The translations under genes and the position numbers were made by a program. DNA of 58,932 nucleotides. It comes from an uncultured bacterium (lineage in GTDB: Bacteria > UBP7 > UBA6624). The notes below the pieces were generated by a model, which was not told the DNA's origin, ran no database searches, and saw only the letters and a list, made by a program, of their open reading frames with translations. The stretch is from NCBI GenBank assembly GCA_964012435.1, contig CAXGSM010000008.1, forward strand, positions 1 to 58,932. The letters run 5' to 3'. Numbering within the stretch: position 1 is the stretch's first letter; the number at the start of each line of letters is the position of its first letter. Of this stretch, positions 46,453-55,836 are shown piece by piece.

Positions 46453-47448
46453 ATGACAAGACCAGTAACACTTTTTACAGGACAATGGGCAGATTTAAGC
46501 CTGGAAACGATAGCTGAAAAAGCATCCTCTTGGGGTTATGAAGGGCTTGAGTTAGCTTGTTGGGGAGATCATGTTGATGTTACAAAAGCTGCCAATGATA
46601 TTGAGTATGCAAAAAGCAGAAAGGAAATTCTTTCGAAATATGGTTTGAAATGCTGGTCAATAAGCAATCACTTAGCAGGCCAATTAGTTTGTGATTTGAA
46701 CAATGATTCGAGATCTGATATGTTTGTTCCAGAAGATCTTCATGGCAATGCTGAAGGTAAAAGAGACTGGGCAGTCCAGAAGATGAAGGATACAGCTCAC
46801 GCTGCAAAGAACATTGGTGTAGATGTCGTTAATGGCTTTACGGGATCTTCAATTTGGCATTTGATTTATAGCTTTCCGCCAGTTTCTGAAAAGATGATTG
46901 AAGATGGTTTTTCTTATTTTGCAAAATTATGGAATCCAATCTTGGATGTTTTTGATGAGTGTGATGTTAAATTTGCATTAGAGGTTCATCCAACAGAAAT
47001 AGCTTTTGACATAATAACTGCTAGAAGGGCATTGGATGCAATTGAGAACAGGGTTGCTTTTGGTTTCAACTTTGATCCAAGTCATTTGCATTGGCAAATG
47101 ATTGACCCAGTTAGGTTTTTGTATGAATTTAAGGACAGAATATACCATTGTCACATGAAGGATGCTGCTTTACAGTTGGATGGAGCCACAGGGATACTTG
47201 GAAGTCATTTAAATTTTGGTGAAAATGGAAGAGGTTGGGACTTCAGGAGCCTCGGAAGAGGCGAGGTTGATTTTGAGGAGATAATCCGTGCATTAAACCA
47301 CATAGGCTACAAAGGTCCACTTTCAGTTGAATGGGAAGACGCTTTAATGGATAGAGAGCATGGCGCAATGGAAGCATGTTCTTTTGTTAAGTCTTTAGAT
47401 TTTCCAAGTAGTGATAGAGTTTTTGATGAAGCTTTTGGTGATGAATAA
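46453..47448 (+). CDS. sugar phosphate isomerase/epimerase family TIM-barrel enzyme
   Basis: RPVTLFTGQWADL, ALEVHPTE, NFDPSH, HCHMKD, LSVEWED metal-binding motifs. Confidence 0.9.
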   Translation: MTRPVTLFTGQWADLSLETIAEKASSWGYEGLELACWGDHVDVTKAANDIEYAKSRKEILSKYGLKCWSISNHLAGQLVCDLNNDSRSDMFVPEDLHGNAEGKRDWAVQKMKDTAHAAKNIGVDVVNGFTGSSIWHLIYSFPPVSEKMIEDGFSYFAKLWNPILDVFDECDVKFALEVHPTEIAFDIITARRALDAIENRVAFGFNFDPSHLHWQMIDPVRFLYEFKDRIYHCHMKDAALQLDGATGILGSHLNFGENGRGWDFRSLGRGEVDFEEIIRALNHIGYKGPLSVEWEDALMDREHGAMEACSFVKSLDFPSSDRVFDEAFGDE

Positions 47449-47477
47449 AGAAAAGAGTTTATAGAGTTGTAATTTTC

Positions 47478-49307
47478 TTAGATTTTTTTATTCACATTCG
47501 ATAATGTTTTTTTGCAAAGTTTATTACTTTCTTCTAGAAATTCATTAAGTTTTGACTCAAAATCTTTCTTGAATCTCTCATCTTTTATTTCTTTCAGGTT
47601 TATCTTCACATTTAAGCCTGCAGATTCCGCTCCAGCTTTTGCAAGAAGTGCGCCAGAACCGACATCGCTTGCCATTCCAGCATCCATGATTTCTGATATT
47701 TCACAACATACCTTTAATGCTACAAGGCATTGCTTGACTGTTTTAAGGGGAACATCTGTTGCCTTTTTGTAACCTTCTTGCATCATTTTATTTCTGATTT
47801 CTTTTTCCTCTTTGGTATCTTTTGGCATTCTCATTGCTTCTATAACAGAATCAAACGCATTCGTATCTTCGTCAACTGCTTTTAGAAGAGAATCTTTGAT
47901 TTTCTGTCCTGTTTCTGAAATTCTGCAAAGCTTTTCATAATCGTTATCGAATTTTGACTTCCCGACAGATAGATTCGCAACCATTGTCCCCAATGCTGCT
48001 CCAAGTGAACCGGCAAGAGCTGCAACAGATCCTCCACCTGGGGCAGGGGTATCTCTTGAAACCTCGTCGACAAAATCAAAAGTTTGCTTGTTTATAAGTT
48101 CACCATTCATTAACGGTAACCCTAACACTTTTTCCTCAGTCTCAAAAGGGGAAACATCCCTTAAGCCTAAGGACTGTATTCCGTTTTCAACAATATCCAA
48201 AGACGGTAGGCCAGTTGATTTCTGCATTTTTCTTAAGTAGAAAAGTCCAGCTTCTTTTATTGACTGATAAGGGATAAGTCCTACGATTTCAGAGCCAGTT
48301 ATCATTATCCCTCTTTTGTTGGCTTCTTTTACAGCTTCTTCATATATCAAATGTGGGGGGCTGATTTTGTAGTTTGTAAGATTCATGCTGATTTGTGATT
48401 TTTTGTATTCATCAATAACCCAGCCGATAGCCTTTACGTGATTAAATTTTCCATCCTTAAAGACGGGCCCTGACGGTTTTTCTTTGTTTATTTGCAGGCT
48501 TTTGTACCTTTCTTCAAGGTTTTTTCCATATTTGTTTTTGTAATGTGCAGAAAGTTCTTCAAAGCTATCTGCAATATAGTCGTCATTGCCGCATGGATGC
48601 CTGCCATCCTCAGGGAAGTTTATCACTTTTCCTTTGTAGTAAAAAGGTTCGGTATTCCCCTCTCTTTTCCACCTACCTCTTTCCCTTAGTTCATAAGCAA
48701 TATCATTGGCATATTTTCTATCTGTTGTATTTAGGTTTATATTCCATGCAATTAGAAATTCCCTGGCTCCAACAGCTGTTGCGCCTGATTTTTCATTAAA
48801 GGAAAAAGGGCCATAATCTGGTTTCCATTCAGGATTTGAAACTCTATCTTTAAGTCCTTCGTATTCGCCTTGTCTGACATTGGCTAGATTTGATCTTTCT
48901 TTTGATTTGGCAGCTTCCTCATAAAGATAAACTGGTATTTTCAATTCCTCACCAATCCTCTTTCCAACTTCATTTGCAATAAGAACACAATCCTCCATCG
49001 ATATGTTGTCAACAGGAACAAAAGGACAAACGTCAGTTGCTCCCATTCGCGGATGTGCACCTGAATGTTTTCTCATGTCTATAATCTCACTGGCTTTTTT
49101 TACTGAAAGAAAGGCTGCTTCTTTAACAGCTTCAGGATTGCCCACAAATGTAACAACTGTTCTGTTTGTATCAGAACCCATATCAATATCTTTAACCTCA
49201 ACACCGGTTATTGATTTGATCACTGATATTATTTCATTTATCTTTTCCTTGCTTCTTCCTTCTGAAAAATTAGGAACACATTCAACAAGTCCTAAATTAC
49301 TAGGCAT
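47478..49307 (-). CDS. ftcd: bifunctional glutamate formimidoyltransferase / formiminotetrahydrofolate cyclodeaminase
   Basis: ECVPNFSEGR, HPRMGATDVCPF, GAREFLIAWNINL, SEIVGLIP, then PAPGGGSVAA, DEDTNAF, NVKINL. Confidence 0.94.
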   Translation of the reverse strand: MPSNLGLVECVPNFSEGRSKEKINEIISVIKSITGVEVKDIDMGSDTNRTVVTFVGNPEAVKEAAFLSVKKASEIIDMRKHSGAHPRMGATDVCPFVPVDNISMEDCVLIANEVGKRIGEELKIPVYLYEEAAKSKERSNLANVRQGEYEGLKDRVSNPEWKPDYGPFSFNEKSGATAVGAREFLIAWNINLNTTDRKYANDIAYELRERGRWKREGNTEPFYYKGKVINFPEDGRHPCGNDDYIADSFEELSAHYKNKYGKNLEERYKSLQINKEKPSGPVFKDGKFNHVKAIGWVIDEYKKSQISMNLTNYKISPPHLIYEEAVKEANKRGIMITGSEIVGLIPYQSIKEAGLFYLRKMQKSTGLPSLDIVENGIQSLGLRDVSPFETEEKVLGLPLMNGELINKQTFDFVDEVSRDTPAPGGGSVAALAGSLGAALGTMVANLSVGKSKFDNDYEKLCRISETGQKIKDSLLKAVDEDTNAFDSVIEAMRMPKDTKEEKEIRNKMMQEGYKKATDVPLKTVKQCLVALKVCCEISEIMDAGMASDVGSGALLAKAGAESAGLNVKINLKEIKDERFKKDFESKLNEFLEESNKLCKKTLSNVNKKI

Positions 49308-49314
49308 TTTGTTT

Positions 49315-50415
49315 TTAAGTTGAAAGACCTTCAGGGCCTTTGTAGACTGATTTTGGCCTCATTATCCTATTGTCTTCTTTTTGTTCCAGAACATGTGCAC
49401 ACCAGCCAGCTATTCTTGCCATTGCGAAAACCGGAGTGTATAAGTCAGACTCTATCCCCATTGAGTAATAAAGGCTTGCTGAGTAGAAGTCAACATTTGC
49501 TTCAAGTCCTTTTCTTTCTTTCAGCATGGCTCTCATCTTGTCACTCATTCGTAGCCATTTCTCATCAGCACCTTGGCCAGTCATACTTTCAAGCATATCT
49601 CTTAAAACTATTGCTCTTGGGTCTAAAACCTTATAAACTCTATGCCCAAAACCCATGATTCTTTCTTTTCTGGCAAAACAATCTTCAACAAATTTTTCCA
49701 CATTTTCTTCCTCACCTATTGAGAGAAGCATATCCATTACGCGTGTATTTGCACCACCATGCCAAGGACCCTTAAGGCTTCCTATTGCTGAAGTGATAGC
49801 GGAATGCATGTCAGACATTGATGAAGTTGTTGCCCTTGCAGTAAATGTGCTTGCATTAAAACCATGATCTGCATGAAGGGTTAGACAAGCATCAAAAATC
49901 CTAACCATAGCTTGGTTTGGATCTCCATTTCTTATTGATCTCATGAAGTGAGTAGATGTATCGTCATCAAGGTTGTTCACAGAGATATCTCTGCCGTTTC
50001 TGATATCATTGAAAGCAGATACTATGGCTGTAACCTGACCTATAAGCCTGAGAGTTTTTCTTCTGTTTGCCTCAGGTGAATCATCTTCAGTTTCAGGATC
50101 AATTGCTCCAAGCATGCTAACTGCAGTTCTTAATGCTGCCATAGGGTCTGCTTCTATGCATGCGTGAAGAGTAGAGATTACCTGCTTTGGCAGGACTCTC
50201 GATACGGCTAATTGAGCTCTCATTGCCTCTTTTTCTGACTCTGTAGGTAATTTTCTATTCAAAAGTAGGCATACAACATCTTCAAATGTTTTATTTTTAG
50301 CCAGGTCTCCAACTTGGTAGCCGCAGTAAACTAACTCACCCTTAAGGCCATCAACCCTGGATAAAGTTGTATTAGTTACAAGTATGCCATCTAATCCTGG
50401 ATTTATTTCGTTCAT
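49315..50415 (-). CDS. gltA: citrate synthase (short type; 2-methylcitrate synthase not excluded)
   Basis: HADHGFNASTF, LKGPWHGGAN, IMGFGHRVY..DPR, NVDFYS, RIAGW. Confidence 0.92.
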   Translation of the reverse strand: MNEINPGLDGILVTNTTLSRVDGLKGELVYCGYQVGDLAKNKTFEDVVCLLLNRKLPTESEKEAMRAQLAVSRVLPKQVISTLHACIEADPMAALRTAVSMLGAIDPETEDDSPEANRRKTLRLIGQVTAIVSAFNDIRNGRDISVNNLDDDTSTHFMRSIRNGDPNQAMVRIFDACLTLHADHGFNASTFTARATTSSMSDMHSAITSAIGSLKGPWHGGANTRVMDMLLSIGEEENVEKFVEDCFARKERIMGFGHRVYKVLDPRAIVLRDMLESMTGQGADEKWLRMSDKMRAMLKERKGLEANVDFYSASLYYSMGIESDLYTPVFAMARIAGWCAHVLEQKEDNRIMRPKSVYKGPEGLST

Positions 50416-50448
50416 AAGCTAGCTAATTCTAAATCTAGAATTATGAAA

Positions 50449-51621
50449 ATGGAATATGACATAGTTGTGATAGGTGGTGGGATACTTGGACTTTCAGTTG
50501 CAAAGGAAATAACAGACAGTAACCCCAAGGTTAAATTATTAATTTTGGAAAAAGAAGACAGCCTCGCTTCTCATCAGACTGGTAGGAATAGCGGTGTTGT
50601 TCATTCTGGAATTTATTACGAGCCTGATTCAAAAAAATCCGAATATTGTATTAAAGGTGGTCAAAGGATAAAAAATTACTGTAAAAAAAATGGCATCCCT
50701 TTGAAGAAAGTTGGAAAAATGATTGTAGCAACAAGTCAAAAAGACATGGATGATTTGTACTTTTTGAAAAAAAGAGCTGAGTATCTTGGTTTAAAACATT
50801 CTTTACTGAATTTAGCTAAATCAAAAGAGGTAGAACCTCATGTTCACTGCATTGAATCAATTTTTTTTCCAGATGTATGCATAACCGATTATGTTGCCAT
50901 CTGTCAATCAATAAAGAAAGAACTAGAGCAAAAAGGGGTTGATGTCTTGCTTTCTTCAAAAGTTGATCACATTCAATGTGATATTGCAAATTCATATATT
51001 CAAGTAAGAGGAAAAACTTATGTTTCAAAGAATGTTATAAACTGCACGGGTGTTCATGCGGATTCTTTTTTAAGAAATAGTCATAGAAAAGACATAAGAA
51101 TAATACCTTTCAAGGGTGTTTATTGGAAAACTTCAGCACCTAAGATTTCAACCAACATTTATCCTGTTCCAAATTTGAATTTGCCTTTTTTGGGTGTTCA
51201 CTTTAGCCCAACTATCAATAATGAGATACTCATAGGTCCTAATGCTTTTTTATCTTTTGACAAGGAAGGATATGGTCATTATGATTTTGATCTTAAGGAT
51301 ACTTATGATATTTTTTCTTTTTCTGGTTTTTGGAATTTTTTTCAGAAAAATTTAAATGCATGTATTAATGAATTAAAAAATTCTTCAAAAAAATCTACAT
51401 GGAGGTCAGCAAGGTCAATGTGCCCTTCATTAGCATTTGATGCAATTAGGTATCATTCTTCTGGAATAAGGGCGCAAGCTATGACTAAAGATGGAAAACT
51501 TTGTGATGATTTTATTTTTTTTAGTCAAGGTAATGTGCTGAATGTGGTCAATGCTCCAAGCCCTGCTGCAACATCTTCATTTGAAATTGCAAAACATATA
51601 GTTGGTAAAATAGATTTATGA
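50449..51621 (+). CDS. lhgO: L-2-hydroxyglutarate oxidase family FAD oxidoreductase
   Basis: VIGGGILG, HQTGRNSGVVHSGIYY, IYPVP..PFLGVH, GIRAQA, NAPSPAATS; ATG 50449 lies 7 nt after TAGAAT. Confidence 0.9.
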   Translation: MEYDIVVIGGGILGLSVAKEITDSNPKVKLLILEKEDSLASHQTGRNSGVVHSGIYYEPDSKKSEYCIKGGQRIKNYCKKNGIPLKKVGKMIVATSQKDMDDLYFLKKRAEYLGLKHSLLNLAKSKEVEPHVHCIESIFFPDVCITDYVAICQSIKKELEQKGVDVLLSSKVDHIQCDIANSYIQVRGKTYVSKNVINCTGVHADSFLRNSHRKDIRIIPFKGVYWKTSAPKISTNIYPVPNLNLPFLGVHFSPTINNEILIGPNAFLSFDKEGYGHYDFDLKDTYDIFSFSGFWNFFQKNLNACINELKNSSKKSTWRSARSMCPSLAFDAIRYHSSGIRAQAMTKDGKLCDDFIFFSQGNVLNVVNAPSPAATSSFEIAKHIVGKIDL

Positions 51622-52211
51622 AGTTGTTGGTTTTTAGTGATGTTCATGTTGATTTAAATGCAGCAGAAAAGCTTGTAGAGCTTTCAGGCTCTGTAGATAT
51701 CGTTGTAGGTGCAGGTGATTTTTCAGCAAACCATAAAGGTTTAAAAGAAACAATAAGCGTGTTGTCAGCAATTAAAAAACCATTACTTATGGTTCCTGGT
51801 AACAATGAATCTTTTCATGAGCTGTCACAGGCTTCTTCTAAATTTAAAAACATGCAAGTGTTGCATGGAACAGGATTTTCATTCAAAGGATTTGATTTTT
51901 GGGGCTTGGGTGCTGGGGTCCCTGAGACGCCATGGGATTGGTCTTTTGACCTGAGTGAAGAGGAGGCTCTTTTAATGCTGCAAGACTGTCCAGAAAAATC
52001 AATTTTGATAACTCATAGTCCACCTAAAGGGCATGTTGATAAGGCGGGTGGAAGCAATTTTGGAAGTAAATCAATTCTTGAATGTATTAAAAAGAAAAAA
52101 CCTTTATGGGTTTTTTGTGGCCATATTCACGAATGTTGGAAAAAAGAATCTTTTTTTGGTGATACGAAAATTTTAAATTGTGGTCCTGACGGGAAAATTA
52201 TAGAGATATGA
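51618..52211 (+). CDS. calcineurin-like metallophosphoesterase
   Basis: SDVH, AGD, PGNNE, THSPP, CGHIHE. Confidence 0.92.
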   Translation: MKLLVFSDVHVDLNAAEKLVELSGSVDIVVGAGDFSANHKGLKETISVLSAIKKPLLMVPGNNESFHELSQASSKFKNMQVLHGTGFSFKGFDFWGLGAGVPETPWDWSFDLSEEEALLMLQDCPEKSILITHSPPKGHVDKAGGSNFGSKSILECIKKKKPLWVFCGHIHECWKKESFFGDTKILNCGPDGKIIEI

Positions 52212-53575
52212 TTTTTTTGTTTTTGTATTTGTTGAATCCAATTGCAGATTTTTTGGATAAGGAAGATGGTCAGCCCAACATTGTGTTCATCATGGCTGAT
52301 GATTTGGGTTTTGGCCATCTTGGATCCTATGGTCAAAAAAAGATAAAAACTCCAAATTTGGACATTCTGGCTAGTCAAGGATTGAGATTTACACAGTTTT
52401 ATTCTGGTTCGACGGTTTGTGGCCCTGCTAGAAGCACCTTGATGACTGGTTACCATACTGGAAATACATCTGTCAGAGGAAACACTGGAGGCATACCTTT
52501 GCTTGATGAGGATGTTACTATTGCTGAAATGCTTAAATCCAAAGGTTATAAAACTGGAATGTTTGGCAAATGGGGTTTGGGTGATTTTGAAACAAGTGGC
52601 ACTCCAGACAAGCAAGGTTTTGATGAATATTTCGGATACTTGCATCAAGTACATGCTCATTTTTATTATTCTGAATATCTTTGGGACAATGGAGAGAAAA
52701 TGTTTCTGGATGGTAACAAGGATGGAAATAGAAACCAATATACGCATGATCTGATAACAGAAAAAGCCCTTGAGTTTATTGATGATAATTCAAAAGATCC
52801 ATTTTTTCTATATGTTGGATACACAATCCCTCATACAGAATTGCTTGTACCCGAAGATTCAATGAATGAATACCTGGGCAATTGGGACGAGCCCAATCCT
52901 TATGTTGGTCACCATTACGCCAGTCAGCCTTACCCAAGATCTGCATTTGCTGGAATGGTTTCAAGGATGGACAGAGATGTGGGCAGGATTATGGATATTC
53001 TTGATGAATTAAACTTAACTAATGAGACAATCATTTTTTTCACAAGTGACAATGGAGGTCAAGGTTTTGATGGCCCTGATTTAGAGTTTTTTGATGGGAA
53101 CGGTGGCTTGAGAGGCGGCAAGCAGGACATGTATGAAGGAGGAATAAGAGTCCCTCTTATTGCTAAATGGCCTGGGGTTATTGAAGAAAGTTCTGAAAGT
53201 GATCATATTTGGGCTTTTTGGGATATCATGCCAACTATTGGAGATATTGCAGGAGCTGTTTGGCCTGATGGAATTGATGGCCTTTCTATGTATCCAGCAT
53301 TATTAGGGATGGCAGCACCAAAACACGAATATCTTTATTGGGAATATGGTGGAGAAGGGCATCTTAAGCAGGCTGTGAGAATGGATGACTGGAAATATGT
53401 TAAGCATAGAGATGGAACAAGTGAACTTTACAATCTCAAAAATGATTTTTCTGAAAGCGATAATCTTTTAGAGTCTCATCCTGAAATTGTCATAATTATG
53501 GAAGAGGTATTAAGTTCAGCAAGAACTCCTAGAAGAAAATATGATCGGAAAGATATGACATTTGACTATAAATGA
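52208..53575 (+). CDS. arylsulfatase (Cys-type, formylglycine-dependent)
   Basis: PNIVFIMADDLG, CGPARSTLMTG (CxPxR), GKWGLG, FTSDNG, YEGGIRVP. Confidence 0.95.
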   Translation: MIFLFLYLLNPIADFLDKEDGQPNIVFIMADDLGFGHLGSYGQKKIKTPNLDILASQGLRFTQFYSGSTVCGPARSTLMTGYHTGNTSVRGNTGGIPLLDEDVTIAEMLKSKGYKTGMFGKWGLGDFETSGTPDKQGFDEYFGYLHQVHAHFYYSEYLWDNGEKMFLDGNKDGNRNQYTHDLITEKALEFIDDNSKDPFFLYVGYTIPHTELLVPEDSMNEYLGNWDEPNPYVGHHYASQPYPRSAFAGMVSRMDRDVGRIMDILDELNLTNETIIFFTSDNGGQGFDGPDLEFFDGNGGLRGGKQDMYEGGIRVPLIAKWPGVIEESSESDHIWAFWDIMPTIGDIAGAVWPDGIDGLSMYPALLGMAAPKHEYLYWEYGGEGHLKQAVRMDDWKYVKHRDGTSELYNLKNDFSESDNLLESHPEIVIIMEEVLSSARTPRRKYDRKDMTFDYK

Positions 53576-53596
53576 TAATACAATCATAAGCCGCGT

Positions 53597-53668
53597 TCCT
53601 CGGTAGCTCAGTGGTAGAGCGGATGGCTGTTAACCATTAGGTCGGGGGTTCAAATCCCTCCCGAGGAG
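53597..53668 (+). tRNA. tRNA-Asn (GTT), CCA not encoded
   Basis: TCCTCGG/CCGAGGA acceptor stem, D-arm GCTC/GAGC, anticodon GTT at 53629-31, GGGGG-TTCAAAT-CCCTC T-arm, discriminator G; TACAAT upstream. Confidence 0.97.
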
Positions 53669-53678
53669 CGCTGGTCTC

Positions 53679-55058
53679 TTACCATGGTCCGGTTATAGCT
53701 ATTGTTTTTCCTGTCCATTGAGCATTTACAAAAAGTGTTGTGCCATCGTCTGAAAAACAGCTTCCAGCAAGTTCAGTATCTTCATTAAGGTCTCCAATTT
53801 TATATATTTCACCTTTTTGATTTATGCCAATTATTGAAGAGTCTCCTCCAGCATCCTCACAACAAATTACGTGTCCTTTTGGCGATATTGTTATATTGTC
53901 AGCATGTTGCAGTAAATCTTTATTTGATGATTCGACAAAAAGCTCTAATTTACCGTGTTCTATTTTTTCTTTGGGACCCCCTTCATATTTACTTGGTTTG
54001 TATTTAAAAATTTGACCTAGTTTCTTTTTTCCACCTTGTGTACATGCGAAATAAATTTCATTATTGCCATACCACATACCTTCTGATCTTGCAAATATCG
54101 CAGCACCTTTTTCATGCATTTCATATCTCAGTTTGTCTTCATCATTTTCTGGATCATCAACATCTATCCAGTAGGTTTCAATATTTGTATTTTTAGGTAT
54201 CGTGTTTATTGATTCTTCCCAGTTTCTAGTGTCATTGATTTCTTTTTCCTTTATACATAAAGCTTGCAGTTTTCCATTGTTTAAATTTCCTCGTTTTTCA
54301 GGTATAAATCTATAGATAAGACCTTCAGGTCTATCCTCTGTTTGATACACTATTCCTGTTTTTGGATCAACCGCTACAGCTTCATGCCTAAATCTGCCCA
54401 TAGCTTTTAATGGTTTAGGTGTTGTTATTTGTATTTTTTTTGATGCGGGAACTTCAAAGTTATATCCATGGTTTTGCTTTAAACCCTCTTTGTCTTCATC
54501 ATGCAAAGAGTAGCCTTTTTTTACTGTTACTTCTTCACATGTAACCCATGTATTCCAAGGTGTTATACCTCCAGCACAATTTCGAAGCGTGCCCATCAGG
54601 CTTAAGGATTCCTGCAGCACTATTTGATTTTTAGTGTCGTAAATGATTGTTGAGGTACCTCCAGTACAGGGCATCCCTTTAATACCTTGGTCATAAAGTT
54701 TATCGGGGTTGATTTTTGAATAAAGTGAATTGTCTTGACCAAAAGGGCTTCTTGAAAAATCAGTAGGTAGATTTTCATGATTTCTAATTATTATGCTGAT
54801 GCCATTTCCACCAGAGAAAACTCCCATTCCATCCATTGCTCCTGGAACCAGGAATCCATCATCCATAATTTTTCCAACTTCAGAAATTATTTTGTAAGAA
54901 AAGCCTTCAGGGAGATCAAGAACACCTAAAGGGTCTTTTTTTAAGGCCCCATAAAGTGATGTAGTTTGCTTGTTAAGATTTATGAAATGTTTTAATCCTG
55001 TCATGCCAGCAGAAATTATGAGTCCTGCTTTGATAAAGTTTCTTCTAGTTAAATTCAT
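53679..55058 (-). CDS. phoX: PhoX/DUF839 family alkaline phosphatase with Tat signal
   Basis: TRRNFIK; DGMG, RNHE, NCAGGITPWNTWVTCEE, MGRFRHEA, TED, ADN, ELAG, TLFVNAQ. Confidence 0.9.
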   Translation of the reverse strand: MNLTRRNFIKAGLIISAGMTGLKHFINLNKQTTSLYGALKKDPLGVLDLPEGFSYKIISEVGKIMDDGFLVPGAMDGMGVFSGGNGISIIIRNHENLPTDFSRSPFGQDNSLYSKINPDKLYDQGIKGMPCTGGTSTIIYDTKNQIVLQESLSLMGTLRNCAGGITPWNTWVTCEEVTVKKGYSLHDEDKEGLKQNHGYNFEVPASKKIQITTPKPLKAMGRFRHEAVAVDPKTGIVYQTEDRPEGLIYRFIPEKRGNLNNGKLQALCIKEKEINDTRNWEESINTIPKNTNIETYWIDVDDPENDEDKLRYEMHEKGAAIFARSEGMWYGNNEIYFACTQGGKKKLGQIFKYKPSKYEGGPKEKIEHGKLELFVESSNKDLLQHADNITISPKGHVICCEDAGGDSSIIGINQKGEIYKIGDLNEDTELAGSCFSDDGTTLFVNAQWTGKTIAITGPW

Positions 55059-55086
55059 ATTTTAAAAAATAAATTATGATTCCTTT

Positions 55087-55812
55087 ATGACATTAAAGTT
55101 GTGTCTTCTAATCATATATTTTTTATTTACAAATAGCATTTTTGAAGCCGAATCGATTAAAAGACAAGAATTTATTAAAACTGAAGATTATTTAATGGTT
55201 CAAATTGATGATAGACGAGTTTTCATTCATCCAGAAATAAAGAATAGCCCAGTAAAAAAAGATTTATTAGACTTATTGAGAGTTAAACTGTTTGATGTAA
55301 AAAGAGTTTTACCTAAGGTATCTTATGAAAAAATAAAAGATGTTTCAATATGGGTTGATAATGGTGATTTTGGTTGCCCAGGGGCATGTTATCATCCATC
55401 AAAAATTTGGCTTACAGAGAATGGTTTAAATCCAGATAAGGAAAAGTCCATCCAAATAGGTAACCCTGAAAATTTTTTGGAGTGGACAAAACAACAACCT
55501 TTTATGGTTTTGCATGAATTGGCTCATGCTTATCATCATCAATTTTTAGGATATCAGAATGAAGATGTGAATAGAGCTTATGAAAAAGCTTTGAAGTCTG
55601 GTTCGTACGAAGAAGTCCTTCATTGGAATGGGAACATTACGAGACATTATGGCTTAAACAATAGTCAGGAATACTTTGCAGAAGCAACAGAGGCATATTT
55701 CGGTGTTAATGATTTTTATCCTTTTGTTCGTGGAGAGCTGAAAGTTCATGATTATGAAATGTACACACTTGTTAACAAGCTTTGGAATCCAGTTGATAGT
55801 GAAGAGCAGTGA
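55087..55812 (+). CDS. exported HExxH zinc metallopeptidase-like protein
   Basis: Signal peptide; VLHELAHAYH and EYFAEATEAYF. Confidence 0.82.
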   Translation: MTLKLCLLIIYFLFTNSIFEAESIKRQEFIKTEDYLMVQIDDRRVFIHPEIKNSPVKKDLLDLLRVKLFDVKRVLPKVSYEKIKDVSIWVDNGDFGCPGACYHPSKIWLTENGLNPDKEKSIQIGNPENFLEWTKQQPFMVLHELAHAYHHQFLGYQNEDVNRAYEKALKSGSYEEVLHWNGNITRHYGLNNSQEYFAEATEAYFGVNDFYPFVRGELKVHDYEMYTLVNKLWNPVDSEEQ

Positions 55813-55836
55813 TTTTCTTTATTACAATCTTGAATT

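Noticed and set aside
53597..53678. Integrated element at tRNA-Asn
   Set aside because: No duplicate of the tRNA 3' end was noticed and there is no adjacent integrase.
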